This document shows positions 1 through 10,651 of a DNA stretch of 64,000 nt, one piece after another. The stretch is from Bdellovibrionales bacterium (GTDB taxonomy: Bacteria; Bdellovibrionota; Bdellovibrionia; Bdellovibrionales; UBA1609): assembly GCA_965261545.1 (NCBI GenBank), contig CBDHDF010000010.1, positions 64,001 to 128,000 on the forward strand, in the 5' to 3' direction. How positions within the stretch are numbered: position 1 is the first letter of the stretch; each line of letters opens with the position of its first letter. The translations under genes were made by a program, and so were the position numbers. The notes under the pieces were generated by a model, which worked only from the letters and a program-made list of their open reading frames with translations, was not told the DNA's origin and made no database searches.

Positions 1-858
1 CTTGGTAAAATAAGCCATGCCTCCAGCGTAGGCAAACTGTGGACTTGTTTTTAATGTTATGGTTCTTGTTTTGACTCCCTCTCTTTCGATTCCTCTATAG
101 TCAAGAGTGGGACTGTTGTAAATCAACTGGTCAGAAATGGAGAGATGCTTGTTGAACTTTGCAAATCCTCTCTTATAAAACTCTTTGGGATTAAAGAATT
201 GGCGAGCATGGGTTAAGAACTCTTGAGCATCAAGGGTTTTGAGTTTTATTTTTGAGTTTTCAATATATTGCTTCATCATTTGGGAAAACAGTTTGATCTG
301 TTTAACAAATTCACTCATTTCATCGAAAAGTATTCTCTCCCCTCGGTCCAGTGATCTTTTCCATTCTGCTGTGGCTGATTTTGGAGGGAAAAACCGAATG
401 GACAAGAGGACTTTTCTCTTCAAAGGAGCCAGCTCATTGGTTGAATTGCATTGGTTTTGAATCATCTTGACCTTTTCTTTGTAAAGGATTTTTGAGACAG
501 GGTGTGGGTACTTGTACTCACTGAGAAGCGTCTTCCAAACCTTGTCCTTTTGAGAAATATAAGACTGGTCAAAGAGAACTTGGAGGACACAGTTTTCAGG
601 CAAAGCAAATAGTGATTTGAAGGACTCAACAGATGAAATGATATTTTTGATGGTCATGGGCTCATGTTCTAAAAGCTCGGCTTCGAGGATGGCGCCAAGG
701 CTTCCATCCTTATTGACGAAGGTTCTAAACTCATCAATGTACTCGCTATATGGAAGCCATTGGCTTAGGGAATCCGAACGTTTGAATAGGGCTTCAGACA
801 ATTGGAAACGGTTGCTCAATACTTGATGGATGGGGTTTAAAGTATCATGTAATTTCAT
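1..858 (-). CDS. traC: TraC/VirB4-family conjugative ATPase, N-terminal part (runs off the window; absent from the ORF track)
   Basis: Hand-translated open frame of 286 codons from ATG 858 (SD GAGGAGG) to base 1: MKLHDTLNPIHQ...QWLPYSEYIDEFRTFVNKDGSLGAILEAELLE...QFFNPKE...TRTITLKTSPQFAYAGG. The LPY and DGSLG motifs match TraC N-termini and the VirB4 at 59754-61157. Follows traV/traB. Confidence 0.75.
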   Translation of the reverse strand, partial: MKLHDTLNPIHQVLSNRFQLSEALFKRSDSLSQWLPYSEYIDEFRTFVNKDGSLGAILEAELLEHEPMTIKNIISSVESFKSLFALPENCVLQVLFDQSYISQKDKVWKTLLSEYKYPHPVSKILYKEKVKMIQNQCNSTNELAPLKRKVLLSIRFFPPKSATAEWKRSLDRGERILFDEMSEFVKQIKLFSQMMKQYIENSKIKLKTLDAQEFLTHARQFFNPKEFYKRGFAKFNKHLSISDQLIYNSPTLDYRGIEREGVKTRTITLKTSPQFAYAGGMAYFTK

Positions 859-878
859 GAAGACCTCCTCAGTCATTT

Positions 879-1145
879 TCAATGATGTTCAGGTAAAGAC
901 CATTTGGTCTCCTCAATTAAAAGGTAAATCCATGCTCCACCAAAATAATCACCCGTGGGCATCTCATGGGCGTGAAGCCAAGCCTTTTTGATCTTTCCCC
1001 TGGTTCTTGAGACCCTTTTTTCCCTGTTGGGCTGGGCATTAAGGGAATAACCAGCCCTTTTTTCAAGAATCCCAGAAGTTTTTGTGTGGGCACAGCCTCC
1101 AAGGCTAATCAATAATGCGAGTAAGATATGAAAATACTTTTTCAT
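879..1145 (-). CDS. TraV-like T4SS outer-membrane lipoprotein
   Basis: Lipobox LGGC after ATG 1145 (SD AAGGAG). C-terminal KAWLHAHEMPTGDYFGGAWIYLLIEETKW resembles the TraV beta-hairpin. Sits between traB and traC. Confidence 0.6.
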   Translation of the reverse strand: MKKYFHILLALLISLGGCAHTKTSGILEKRAGYSLNAQPNREKRVSRTRGKIKKAWLHAHEMPTGDYFGGAWIYLLIEETKWSLPEHH

Positions 1146-2462
1146 GGCGATTTCTCCTTTCATTTTTCATAAAGAAATTGTTGGGCAATAAGACTTTTTC
1201 CTGCATAACAATCCACACATCCTGGCCTGAATGGACAGCTAAGGTGGGGATGAGAGAGGTGGCTTGTTTCAAGTACCAGTCACTCACCTTGGCGGCGGCT
1301 CCTTGGGCACCATTTTGCACAATGGTATTGGCGGAGTCTGGATTTGAACCCCCGATGTTTTGAGATCTGCGACTGATAATGTCCCCAACTCCATCCACTA
1401 CAGATTTGAGGAAGGCCATTTGGGCCACACGACTTTGTTTGGAGTTCAGTTTGGCTTTAACGGCAAAGGTATTGTCTGAATCATCCGCAATAAAGCCATT
1501 CACCTTTCTTTCAAAGAATTTTCCTTTTTTGGAAACACATGAAAGGCGAGTGGCCTGAAAGTTAATTCGTTCGGTGGCCATGGATGGGGAACTCTTGGCA
1601 ATCATAAAGCAGCCAGATAGATCCACTTTGTGCTTGTTGGGTCCAATATAGGAATAATCGAGAGCCAGAAGCACAGGGTAAGTTTTCCCCTCTGGGGCAT
1701 CGACACCTGTCATCAGCTTGGCTTTGACATAGCTTCCTGTGGGCAAAGTGACTCCTTCTTCCACTCGCTGATGTTTTACAGGAAAGGAGATAACTCTAGG
1801 GCCTTTAGAGCTTTTGAAGTTTCCATGGTGGCGACGAGGCTTTGGTCTTGTTTGGAATATATGACTCCTGGGTGTGGGAGGGCCGCCAAGGGAGAATTGG
1901 TTGTTGCCAAGGGGCAACTGATGGCTTTCTAACAAGCCACTTCCAACATGAATCCTCACAGGCTCGTCTTTGTGTGGCCCCATTTTCAGAACTCTTGTTT
2001 TTTCTGGCTCTGTCATTTTTTCTGAAGCTTGGGCATTTGAAGCCTGGGCATCAATTTTTTTCTTTTCAGATAGAAGCTTTGGGTCTTCGTTTGTAGCACT
2101 CGTTTGTGGTCGTGGTGCTATAACTTTGCTTCCATCTGTTTTTCAAGTTCCCGGATCCTCGCTTCAAGAGCCTGATTTTCAGCCATGATCTTCTTGGCGG
2201 TTTTACTCAATTGCACCTCCTTGTTCTTGAGGTAAGATGAGGTTTGGGAACCGAAAATCCGACCCTCTTTAAAAACTGGTCTCTGGTGATCTCGGTAAAT
2301 CACTTTCTTTGTCTCTGACATTTTACTCGTGATATAGATAAGGCTCAGGCCAAGAAAAAGAAATAATCCCATTTTTGTCTTTGGATAAGCCAACAAAGAC
2401 TTCTTTGCCGAACTGTATTGCCTTAAGGAGTGTTTAAAGAAATTCTTCACTAGTAGATTCAT
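1105..2462 (-). CDS. traB: TraB/VirB10-like core complex protein, apparently frameshifted near 2140 (track ORFs 2118-2462 and 1105-2016)
   Basis: N-terminal TM plus coiled coil, then LPTGSYVKAKLMTGVDA...LSGCFMIA...ERINFQATRLSC, typical of F-type TraB. One extra A in the A5 run (GAAAAACAG) joins both ORFs. Confidence 0.75.
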
Positions 2463-3343
2463 ATTTGCCTTCCTTTCTTTGCATGTTTATTTTCTTCATA
2501 TTGATTTTTTTCATGCTTAACAAAAGTTGGGATCATGAGGTCATTCACTGAAGCCGTTGGTTTGGCAACAATCTTTAAAAAAGTGCTACAAGTACTCCTT
2601 TTTGTTGGACATAACACCTCATGGTCAACAAGTGACATAATGGCCAAAGACGATCCTTTGAACTTCAGTTGATCTACCTCCACTTTAAACTTCGCTGTCT
2701 TACAAACATTGCTGAGCCTAACAACAAAGCCCTTGTATTCCTTCCCTGTATAAGTGCGGGTGAGTCTTGTTTTGATGCATCGAGGTCCCATGACCCGGAG
2801 GGGCGTGGTGAACAAGAGTCTGTTTTCTACCCTGCGCTTGTATCCCACAATATTGTCATCCCTATCCATGGACCTCATAAAGTCCATGACAGTGATCGCT
2901 GGTAGGTTTTTCTCTGACTTCTTAAGTAACATGCTCTTCGGGCGCAAATCATAAAAAGGTTCCGAAGAGTGTTTGGAATCGCTAGAGTTGTTTGTGCTTT
3001 TCACAATTTTGATTTTTAGAGTCACCACGCTCCCATCACTGAGAACAAAGGCCACCTTTGAGGTGCCCTTCGTAAAACGGGGACGAATGGAAAGCATGGA
3101 GTAGTCGGGGTCATTGGAATCGGCAGGCTTAATCTCAAATCTTTGGGCTTGAGAAATAGTTCGTACCTGTTTATGAAACCTGAAAATGGTCTCTTTGGAG
3201 ATACGGACAAGCTCTGGTCTTGAGCCATAGTAAATTTCTCTCGCCTGAGATGTGAGGGAAAAGAGAAGCAAGGCAAGAAAAACAAATACGACCAATAAAA
3301 TATATAAGGTGATAAATAAGACATTGCATAAATATTTATTCAT
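2459..3343 (-). CDS. TraK-like secreted T4SS protein
   Basis: Signal peptide (SQA|RE), beta-rich N-domain, C-terminal TRTYTGKEYKGFVVRLSN. Occupies the traK position between traE and traB. Confidence 0.55.
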   Translation of the reverse strand: MNKYLCNVLFITLYILLVVFVFLALLLFSLTSQAREIYYGSRPELVRISKETIFRFHKQVRTISQAQRFEIKPADSNDPDYSMLSIRPRFTKGTSKVAFVLSDGSVVTLKIKIVKSTNNSSDSKHSSEPFYDLRPKSMLLKKSEKNLPAITVMDFMRSMDRDDNIVGYKRRVENRLLFTTPLRVMGPRCIKTRLTRTYTGKEYKGFVVRLSNVCKTAKFKVEVDQLKFKGSSLAIMSLVDHEVLCPTKRSTCSTFLKIVAKPTASVNDLMIPTFVKHEKNQYEENKHAKKGRQI

Positions 3344-3345
3344 GG

Positions 3346-4077
3346 TTACCTCTTTCCTTGGGGGTTATTGGTGATTTCTTTTCCTCTAAAGGAGTTGGCT
3401 TCTGTACGAGTGAGGGAGGTGATTTGCAAGAACCACTTTTTACCCTGCTTGGGGGGAATCAGCTTTAAGACCATTTCAATAACCTCATCAGTTCTTCCCA
3501 TGTACTCATTGTTGGCGTAACGCTCCCTTGTCGTGATGGCAACCACCTTGTAATGACCTCGCTCATTGGATACTATCTCTTTGTCTGTCACCTTTAAGAC
3601 TTCAGAAATATTCTCCATTTTCACCATCTCAGCCCACTCTGATATTTCCATATCAAAGCGAACCTTAAGGTCGTGGGACATATAACTGGAGAGTTCCGTG
3701 TATTGCCCATCAATGTTGACTGGGTTGATATTCCCAAGGATTCTTAAAAAGGACATGACAGCGTTTTCCACATAACCATCGGTGACAGTTTGAGGAGAGG
3801 CTGGTGTGAAGTCCACAACTCCTGGGGCCAAGATATACTCCTTTTCTCTAAGCTTTGAATGAAGGTTTCCGATTTCATATCTGGTCACAACAAAGTAAAC
3901 ACCCAAGACCCCAATGAGCAGAAGAATGATATTTTGCAATAAAATCTTCTCCTTCAATAAAGCGGCCTTAAAGCATAAATACTTGGGCAAGACCTTAAGG
4001 TTCACCCCATCATAGGAGCCCGCAGGTGGTGAACTCACTTGAGAGGATTGGATGCCTTTTTCCATAGCTCCCACCAT
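3346..4077 (-). CDS. TraE/VirB8-like inner-membrane protein
   Basis: Single TM followed by ILAPG...YVENAVMSFLRILGNINPVNIDGQY, a TraE-like pattern. Start moved to ATG 4077 (or 4065) to avoid a 190-nt overlap with the upstream ORF. Confidence 0.6.
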   Translation of the reverse strand: MVGAMEKGIQSSQVSSPPAGSYDGVNLKVLPKYLCFKAALLKEKILLQNIILLLIGVLGVYFVVTRYEIGNLHSKLREKEYILAPGVVDFTPASPQTVTDGYVENAVMSFLRILGNINPVNIDGQYTELSSYMSHDLKVRFDMEISEWAEMVKMENISEVLKVTDKEIVSNERGHYKVVAITTRERYANNEYMGRTDEVIEMVLKLIPPKQGKKWFLQITSLTRTEANSFRGKEITNNPQGKR

Positions 4078-4078
4078 A

Positions 4079-4411
4079 CTACTTACCACTTCCTGACACT
4101 TCTTTTTTGCTGCCTTGAGCTTTGTAAGGACTTTCGTTCTCAATGATGGTACGAATGTAATTGGTCGGGAAAATGCATGTCTTAATGACTTGAACAACAA
4201 ATGATTTTCCATCCTTAGATTTAAAAGCCTTGACTTCTTCAATGGGTCTTCTTGCATAAAATCCTCCATCTTTCTTTTTGGAAATTATTTGTTTGTTGGT
4301 ATTGGCTTGCTTGCTGGCAGTTGTGTGTTTGTTGGTATCCGCTTCTTTACTGGCAATTGCCTGTTTGGTAGCCATCACTTGATTCTTATTTTCTTTATTT
4401 TTGTGAGTCAT
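4079..4411 (-). CDS. Small basic hypothetical protein in the tra operon
   Basis: SD AGGAGG before ATG 4411; co-oriented and fills the gap between traL and traE. Confidence 0.5.
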   Translation of the reverse strand: MTHKNKENKNQVMATKQAIASKEADTNKHTTASKQANTNKQIISKKKDGGFYARRPIEEVKAFKSKDGKSFVVQVIKTCIFPTNYIRTIIENESPYKAQGSKKEVSGSGK

Positions 4412-4422
4412 TGTGACCTCCT

Positions 4423-4457
4423 GGTTATGGTTATGGTTATGGTTATGGTTATGGTTA
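4423..4457. repeat. (GGTTAT)5 microsatellite
   Basis: Five full copies plus a partial copy, directly upstream of the SD of the 4079-4411 gene. Confidence 0.9.
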
Positions 4458-4475
4458 GATGTTTATATTAAATGC

Positions 4476-4787
4476 TTAATCAGAGTATTTTTTCTTTCCT
4501 TTCGGGTTCATAAGAGCTGGTAGGCTCATGTTCCATCGACTGTAAGGCCAATGAAGGAAAATGCCTTTGTGATTCCTTCTCTTTATTACCGGTCCTATTC
4601 CCAAAAACAGTAATAATAGGATGAACATAGTCCACCATGAATAAAAGATGACCCCAAATATCAAGATGATAAAGAGGGCTATAAAGACATCACTTAACTC
4701 CCAAAAGTCGAACACAGTGATGGGTGAGTCGATGGATTGAGCCACCTTTCTCCCATGTCTTGCTTTAATCAATGCATAATCGTACAT
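4476..4787 (-). CDS. TraL/VirB3-like membrane protein
   Basis: SIDSPITVFDFWELSD, two TM segments and KRRNHKGIFLHWPY match the TraL pattern. Follows the pilin; SD AGGAGG. Confidence 0.65.
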   Translation of the reverse strand: MYDYALIKARHGRKVAQSIDSPITVFDFWELSDVFIALFIILIFGVIFYSWWTMFILLLLFLGIGPVIKRRNHKGIFLHWPYSRWNMSLPALMNPKGKKKYSD

Positions 4788-4807
4788 AATGAAACCTCCT
4801 TTCTAGT

Positions 4808-5209
4808 TTAGTTAAAAATCCCATTTCCTCCACCAATGGAGAAAATATTTTCTACCCAAACGGGGGCAGTTCCGAGAATAATGGCAGCAATGATGCAAAC
4901 AATGGCAACTCCAAACCTTTGCTCCTTGAGGTTATACCCTGCTGATAGGATACTAATTCCTGAAAACAGCCTTGCCCCCCACTTAAAAAGGGCTGTATCG
5001 ACAATTCTTAGGACTGTGCCAGCGGCTTCCAGTTGGTCTGAGGCGTCTGTTCCCGGAATTCGAGGGCCTGCATAGGCCATAGAAACCATTGTCAATAAAA
5101 GTAGAAGTAGTAGTAGTAGTAGTAGTAAAAGATTTCGATGTGTTGGGTCTTTGCCAAAGAAATTGGCTGGAGTTGTTTGACACATATATTTTGCAAACAT
5201 GACATCCAT
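4808..5209 (-). CDS. Conjugative pilin (TraA/TrbC/VirB2-like)
   Basis: Likely start ATG 5209 (SD GGAG). Leader ending AYA, two hydrophobic helices and IILGTAPVWVENIF. The poly-Leu stretch comes from a (CTA)n repeat. Confidence 0.7.
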   Translation of the reverse strand: MDVMFAKYMCQTTPANFFGKDPTHRNLLLLLLLLLLLLLTMVSMAYAGPRIPGTDASDQLEAAGTVLRIVDTALFKWGARLFSGISILSAGYNLKEQRFGVAIVCIIAAIILGTAPVWVENIFSIGGGNGIFN

Positions 5210-5418
5210 AGTTTTTTCTCCTTGTTCTTGGTTGGATTTCTCACCATCATTATTATGAATGGGATGAGGGATGGGGTTAGGGGTGAAATTAGAAATGAGT
5301 TCCAAATTATGAGTAGAATTGGAATTATAAGGAGAACCCACATTATAGGAATTTTTAAAGCATTTTGAGTTATAACCCTTGTGTTTTGTTTTACACATTG
5401 TCTGGCAAACAGGATAAA

Positions 5419-6278
5419 TCATAGTTTTTCTCCTTTTTCTAGTAGGGCAATCATTGAATTTACACCTTGGAAACCAATAATGGCTGGGTGAAGGACTTTC
5501 TTTTTTAAATCCGCAACAAGTGTGAATGGTACAGATTCAATCTTGTGCTTTTTTATCTCATCTCTTGTGGCTTTCTGTATGGGAAGTGGAAAAGAGTTTT
5601 TCTTAAAATCTCTGTCATCCACCTGTCGAGCCTCAACATAGATTCCACGATTTTGTAATTTTAGGAGAGTCTTAAACATTCGTTTGCATGAGGGACATTT
5701 AGAATCAAAATACATTCTGACCCTGTATCTTGAGGGATCAAATGAGATTTTTGGACTTTGGATTTTTTTCTGAAGAACTTGGCGAACTTCAGGGGTGTAT
5801 TTTGAGTTTTTACTCAAATACTCTTTGATCCTCTGTTGAAGTCGCTTATTGAGGGAGCTTTTCACCTTGTTGTAGGCCATCCAATTTCTGATATTCTCAT
5901 CCGTTGGGTTGCGGGCAAGTTCTATAAAAGGCTCTGGAGGTTTGTAGCTTCCTTCCTTGAAGAACTCATCATTTTGAGGGTTGAGGTACTTTTCCCAGTC
6001 AAATGGCTTTGATGTTTTCTTCGTTTCTTTGTCTTTCTGAGTTTTTTTGTATTCTTTGACTTCTGTCTCTTTTTTGTCTTTTTTAATTTGGAACTCGTTG
6101 GTGGTCGTAGTTCCTAGTTCTTTTTTCCGTTCTCCTTCCAATAATCAATACCATCAGGGAAATATTTTATTTCTTGGTTATTGGTTTGAGGTGAAATATT
6201 GCGACTTGCCTGGATTGAGGTGAGGCAAGAAAGAAACAATAGATTGAAAAGAAGCAATCGTTTGATAGGGTTATTCAC
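5419..6278 (-). CDS. TraF-like thioredoxin-fold protein, apparently frameshifted at 6121-6126
   Basis: ARNPTDENIRNW and YFDSKCPSC (CxxC). GTG 6278 (SD AGGAGG) encodes a signal peptide (NNPIKRLLLFNLLFLSCLTSIQA) that joins ORF 5419-6141 if the A6 run is A7. Confidence 0.65.
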
Positions 6279-7458
6279 AGTTTAATACCTCCTGATAATC
6301 AATAAGACTGTTTTGAGCCTTTGAGACGTACTCGTCAAGAAGGCTCTTTTTGGGTTTCAATGATTTGGCCAATTCAAATTTTGTAAGATATTCCATAACG
6401 GGGATTCTCCCCACAACTCCCTTTTTGCACCTTTGGCATCCCTTGGAGTTTATTTGTCGGAAGTCTCCTTGTAAGTTGAGGTGAGCAAGGGCATGGATTT
6501 TTCTCACATCTTGGGAGGTCACTCTATTTGAACAAAAGGGACAAATTTTTTTCACAAGTCGTTGAGCCGCACAGAACCTCAAGTTGGATTCAAGCATGTA
6601 GGATTCAACTCCCATATTTCGTAGGCGTTCAATGACTTTCACCGCACTGTTGGCATGAAGGGTGGAAATCACAAGGTGCCCCGTGGCTGAGGCTTTAAAG
6701 CAAAGGTCTGCGGTTTCCCAATCTCGTATTTCACCAACAAAAATAATATCAGGGTCTTGACGGAGCACGGCTCTCAATCCATCGGCAAAAGACAGGGAGT
6801 CTTTAATTTCAATCTGGTTGATTCCTTGAAAGCTATATTCCACAGGGTCTTCCAGTGAGACGATGTTCTTTCGTTCTTTGTCAAGGGAGTTGAGGAGGCT
6901 GAAAAGTGTTCTTGTTTTTCCGCTTCCTGTGGGTCCAGAAACAAGAATCACTCCATTGGGCTCATTGGCTGAGTTGCTAAGGTCAAAAACCGCATCATCA
7001 CTGAGGTTGGATGACTCCAGGTTAAAATCTGTTGTCATATCAAGAAGGCGGAGAACAATCTTTTCCCCATACAGTGTGGGGGTGGAGTTGACTCTCAAGG
7101 CTAATTTCCATGAAGGAAGTGACAAACGGCTGTCTTGTGGTCTATTGCTGATAGCAATAGACAGGTTGCAAAGCCTTTTGGTCTCCTGAATGAAGCTTTG
7201 CCGATAATCTCTGCTGAGGGTCTTGTGAGTAAAGAGGTCACCATTGACTCTTATTCTTATGGCAAGCCCATTGGCATGGGGTTCAATATGAATATCGCTT
7301 GCAGATTGCTTTTGGGCATGTTGCAAGGTCTCTCGGAAAAGTGAGGTGTAAGGACCACAGTTGGCCATTTTTTCTTCACTGGTTTGTTTGTGTTCCATTG
7401 TAATTTGACTCATCTTATCTTCCCTGTTTTTTTCATTCTTTTCATTCTTTTGATTCAT
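6271..7458 (-). CDS. GspE/PilB-family secretion/pilus ATPase lacking the N-terminal domain
   Basis: ASDIHIEP, RPQD, GEKIVLRLL, Walker A GPTGSGKT, LEDPVE, LRQDPDIIFVGEIRD, TGHLVISTLH, AQRLV, Zn motif CPFC...CQRC, GRIPVME. Confidence 0.88.
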   Translation of the reverse strand: MNQKNEKNEKNREDKMSQITMEHKQTSEEKMANCGPYTSLFRETLQHAQKQSASDIHIEPHANGLAIRIRVNGDLFTHKTLSRDYRQSFIQETKRLCNLSIAISNRPQDSRLSLPSWKLALRVNSTPTLYGEKIVLRLLDMTTDFNLESSNLSDDAVFDLSNSANEPNGVILVSGPTGSGKTRTLFSLLNSLDKERKNIVSLEDPVEYSFQGINQIEIKDSLSFADGLRAVLRQDPDIIFVGEIRDWETADLCFKASATGHLVISTLHANSAVKVIERLRNMGVESYMLESNLRFCAAQRLVKKICPFCSNRVTSQDVRKIHALAHLNLQGDFRQINSKGCQRCKKGVVGRIPVMEYLTKFELAKSLKPKKSLLDEYVSKAQNSLIDYQEVLNCE

Positions 7459-7459
7459 C

Positions 7460-10400
7460 TTACTTTTTCAGTCCTTTTTCTAGTTCTTGGCAGGTGGGTT
7501 TCATGGCGGCAATAACTGCTTTTGAAATTGCAATATGGGCGATGTCACGAACGCAACTGACAGGTTTGTAGATCACAAATAAATATCCTGTTAAGCGACC
7601 TCCCATAAGACGTCCTATTTCTCTCACATTTTTAATGGTGTCGAGGAGGGCAATATTTTGTCCCTCACGAAAGCAAGAACTGGACCCTGGACTTATCATT
7701 TGCCAGGTTTCCCCAAAGCTTGAGGGTGTGGCCATAAAGACTTCTGATGAAATCGACTTCATCCGTGAAGCGATCATCAAGGCCCCGGTGAGAGTGGCAG
7801 GCCCGTTGTAGCTGCCCATTCTTGGGTAAAAAATTCCCCAACCATTGCAGGCAGAATGGCTGGAGGGCGGAAAGATGGGAAGCTGGGGAAGCTTCACGCT
7901 GCACATGGGAGAATCGGGGGCATAAGAAGCATCCGTCCCTCCTGTTGCCGAAGTCATGGCCCCTTTGATAAGGCAAGCTTTGGGAGAGAGCGACCAAGCA
8001 AGAAAATTCGGTTGGAAGCTGTCGCTGATCCCAGTGGACCAGTGCTTATGAATATGCTCGCTCATTCCATCAAAGCACAGCTTGGGAATCCGAATTCCAC
8101 CACAGGGAAGTATGCCAAATGGAATCTGAGCGAGGGGCACGGAGAGAGTTCTGGCATGATAGGATTGGGTGTCTTCATCGTTGGCCACTCCAAAGGGAGC
8201 AAGAGTTTTCACAGTGGACAACTGGAGGGCTGCGCCTGGGAGCTTGTGGAAATGTGAGTGACCTGCACGGGGTGAGACTTCAATAAAAGTTTGAGGGACA
8301 TTGTAGCTGAAGCGAGCACAAGGGCGTGGTGGGAAACCACACATTGTCATTGAGTATTTGAAGTTTAGGCAAGAGTTAAATTCCACAGTATTGACGATCG
8401 AGCAGATATTGGGGAAAGCTTGGGCCTTGTGAGTCAATGCCAGAGGAGTTATGAGAGTCACAAGGGTCAGGCATATGGTGAAAAGATGCATGGTATGTAG
8501 GGCTGGTGTGGCTGGGGCCAAATATGTGGCCAAAGTCAACCATGTGGTGGCGTTGGCCCGCCCGCCCAGCTTGGCATTGGACTTTTTAAAGCCCTCAACG
8601 AACTTTTTGAAAGAAGGCAGGAGAGGCTTTTTTTGAAGCCACTTAAGGACTTTTGTGTGCTTGGTGTTTTGCTTTTTGAGAAAATAGGGTTTTAAGAAAA
8701 GCTTATAGAAGTTAGTTTCTATGCCATCATACACTTGTACAAAGGCTTCAAAGGACTTGAGCCTTGAAAAGTCCTTTCCTGTGATGAGGAATTCCTTTTG
8801 TTGGCTGGTACTGATGGATTCGTTAATATTGGCATCCTTTGAGTCAAAGCCACCGAGAATGAAGTTTCGAGTGGTCCTTTGAGATTGCTCAGAAAGGCTC
8901 CGACTGGTTTTTTCCTGATCCTCTTGTCCCATCAACTCTTTAAAGTTACGAATGGTGTCAATGTCGGAAGAATGGCAAGCAATCCTTGTACGAAAGTTTT
9001 GGATCAGTTCCTTGGCTGCTGTCTCACTGCCAATGGCATTGTAAATGGAACTTAGGCTCTGGGAGGCTGCGAGAAAGAAGAAATTGGCCTCACGACCCTT
9101 GGCACATATTTTATCATCACCCATGGAGCCTCCATGGCCAACGGAGACGATATCTTGGTACTCATCAGCGATCAGGGCTGTCAGAATGTTTCTGGGGCGG
9201 CTGGTGTCTTTTAGGCGGTTTAATACAGACCTCTCATAGTGGAGCTTAATAAAAGTACCCATGGAGCGGCAAAGGGCCTCATGGTTTACATTGAAAAGAA
9301 GAACTTTTCCATTATCAACAATCTCATCCATGGATGGGATCGTGAGGTCTTCTTTTTTGGGACAGAAGATTTGAGCCGCCTTGTAGTTTTGGAATTGATT
9401 GAGAAATGTGGTGGAACTCACCAAAACGCCAGACCTGAACTTGTCTTCAAAGAGTGAGTATTCCTTGAAATATTGGAGGGCGCACTGGATGTTGTACCTT
9501 TCCTCCTCATCAAAGCGGCTCTTTTCCAAAGATGCTTTTAGGTTTTGCGTGACTTCTGTTGAGTCTGCGATGAGCATGGTTTTGTAGCAATCAAGCAAGG
9601 TGAAGTAATCAAATACGGCGGCACAGTAGACGATGACATTTTTTGTAAGGTTGAAAGCGGAGTCCTCCCAAATGGGTGACTCATTGGATTTGCCTGAAAA
9701 GTTCTTTGCCGCAGCCCGTATCATATTGGCAACTTCCAGATAGTTTGAATTTTTCAAGGTGTTGTCAATATAGACAGGGTTAAATGTTTGCATAGACTCC
9801 CCTACGGAACCATGGGGGTCTTTGATATCTCCAAGGTAAACGCACTGATCTACCAGGTCATGTTTTTGAAGTATTTTGGAAGCCTTTTCAATAAAACTGC
9901 CCTTGGGGTCGAGTATCAAGGCGGCTGGTTTGTGTGAAAATTGGGTAAAGAGTTGGTCGACATAGTTCAAGATGGTTCCTTGTGTTTTTCCAGTCCCTAT
10001 GGAACCTGTGACTAAAATATTTCCATTCAATGCTTTTTGGGGAATAGTGAGCCACTTCGGACGCTCCGTTTTGTCAAATGCGTCTGTCTCCTCTCCAATA
10101 GAGCCTAAAGTGAGGCCATCCCTAAAGCGTGATTTTCTGGGCAGTGTTTTATCGAGCTTAAGGAACCTTTGGGTTATTAATAAAATAGAAATTGATCCAT
10201 ACAAGACAATGCTTAAGGATAGTAAGAATGAGCCATTAAGAAATATGCTAAGATATTGAAGCATTCTCTGAGAAAAAATATCCCCATAGGATGAGAGGCT
10301 ATGTGTTGTATATAGCTCAAATGGCACCCAAAATAGGCCGGCCAACAGTAGGCAAAGCAGAGTCTTTGAAAAAACTTCTTTTCCATTCATTTTTTCCTTT

Positions 10401-10651
10401 TTGATGCTTCGCAAACGACTCCCTTGCTTCTTATAGCCCAAGACTCTTTCAAGGATGAGTGTCATCATCAGGGCATTGGCTGAGACAGAAGCCAAGCCTA
10501 TGAGGAGAAAGTCTTGTGTCTCACCAAAAGCCTTTTCAAGGTGAATCCAGTGCAACACAATGGACTCATAGTGACTCAGGCCAAAAAGTGTTAGGAGAAC
10601 AAGGGCGAGAAGACCAATGGCTGCCAGGGGAGAAATATCATCTTTTTTCAT
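7460..10651 (-). CDS. Type IV coupling protein (TraD/VirD4-like) fused to a C-terminal TraU-like domain
   Basis: About four N-terminal TMs, Walker A GSIGTGKT, ILDPKG, Walker B IADEYQ, KGRE, ASQSLSSI. Then a signal-like segment (AQA|FP at 8416) and a Cys-rich domain with GWGIFYPRMG, WQMISP, SCF and YLFVIYKPVSC. ATG 10651 overlaps the upstream stop (ATGA). Confidence 0.8.
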   Translation of the reverse strand: MKKDDISPLAAIGLLALVLLTLFGLSHYESIVLHWIHLEKAFGETQDFLLIGLASVSANALMMTLILERVLGYKKQGSRLRSIKKEKMNGKEVFSKTLLCLLLAGLFWVPFELYTTHSLSSYGDIFSQRMLQYLSIFLNGSFLLSLSIVLYGSISILLITQRFLKLDKTLPRKSRFRDGLTLGSIGEETDAFDKTERPKWLTIPQKALNGNILVTGSIGTGKTQGTILNYVDQLFTQFSHKPAALILDPKGSFIEKASKILQKHDLVDQCVYLGDIKDPHGSVGESMQTFNPVYIDNTLKNSNYLEVANMIRAAAKNFSGKSNESPIWEDSAFNLTKNVIVYCAAVFDYFTLLDCYKTMLIADSTEVTQNLKASLEKSRFDEEERYNIQCALQYFKEYSLFEDKFRSGVLVSSTTFLNQFQNYKAAQIFCPKKEDLTIPSMDEIVDNGKVLLFNVNHEALCRSMGTFIKLHYERSVLNRLKDTSRPRNILTALIADEYQDIVSVGHGGSMGDDKICAKGREANFFFLAASQSLSSIYNAIGSETAAKELIQNFRTRIACHSSDIDTIRNFKELMGQEDQEKTSRSLSEQSQRTTRNFILGGFDSKDANINESISTSQQKEFLITGKDFSRLKSFEAFVQVYDGIETNFYKLFLKPYFLKKQNTKHTKVLKWLQKKPLLPSFKKFVEGFKKSNAKLGGRANATTWLTLATYLAPATPALHTMHLFTICLTLVTLITPLALTHKAQAFPNICSIVNTVEFNSCLNFKYSMTMCGFPPRPCARFSYNVPQTFIEVSPRAGHSHFHKLPGAALQLSTVKTLAPFGVANDEDTQSYHARTLSVPLAQIPFGILPCGGIRIPKLCFDGMSEHIHKHWSTGISDSFQPNFLAWSLSPKACLIKGAMTSATGGTDASYAPDSPMCSVKLPQLPIFPPSSHSACNGWGIFYPRMGSYNGPATLTGALMIASRMKSISSEVFMATPSSFGETWQMISPGSSSCFREGQNIALLDTIKNVREIGRLMGGRLTGYLFVIYKPVSCVRDIAHIAISKAVIAAMKPTCQELEKGLKK

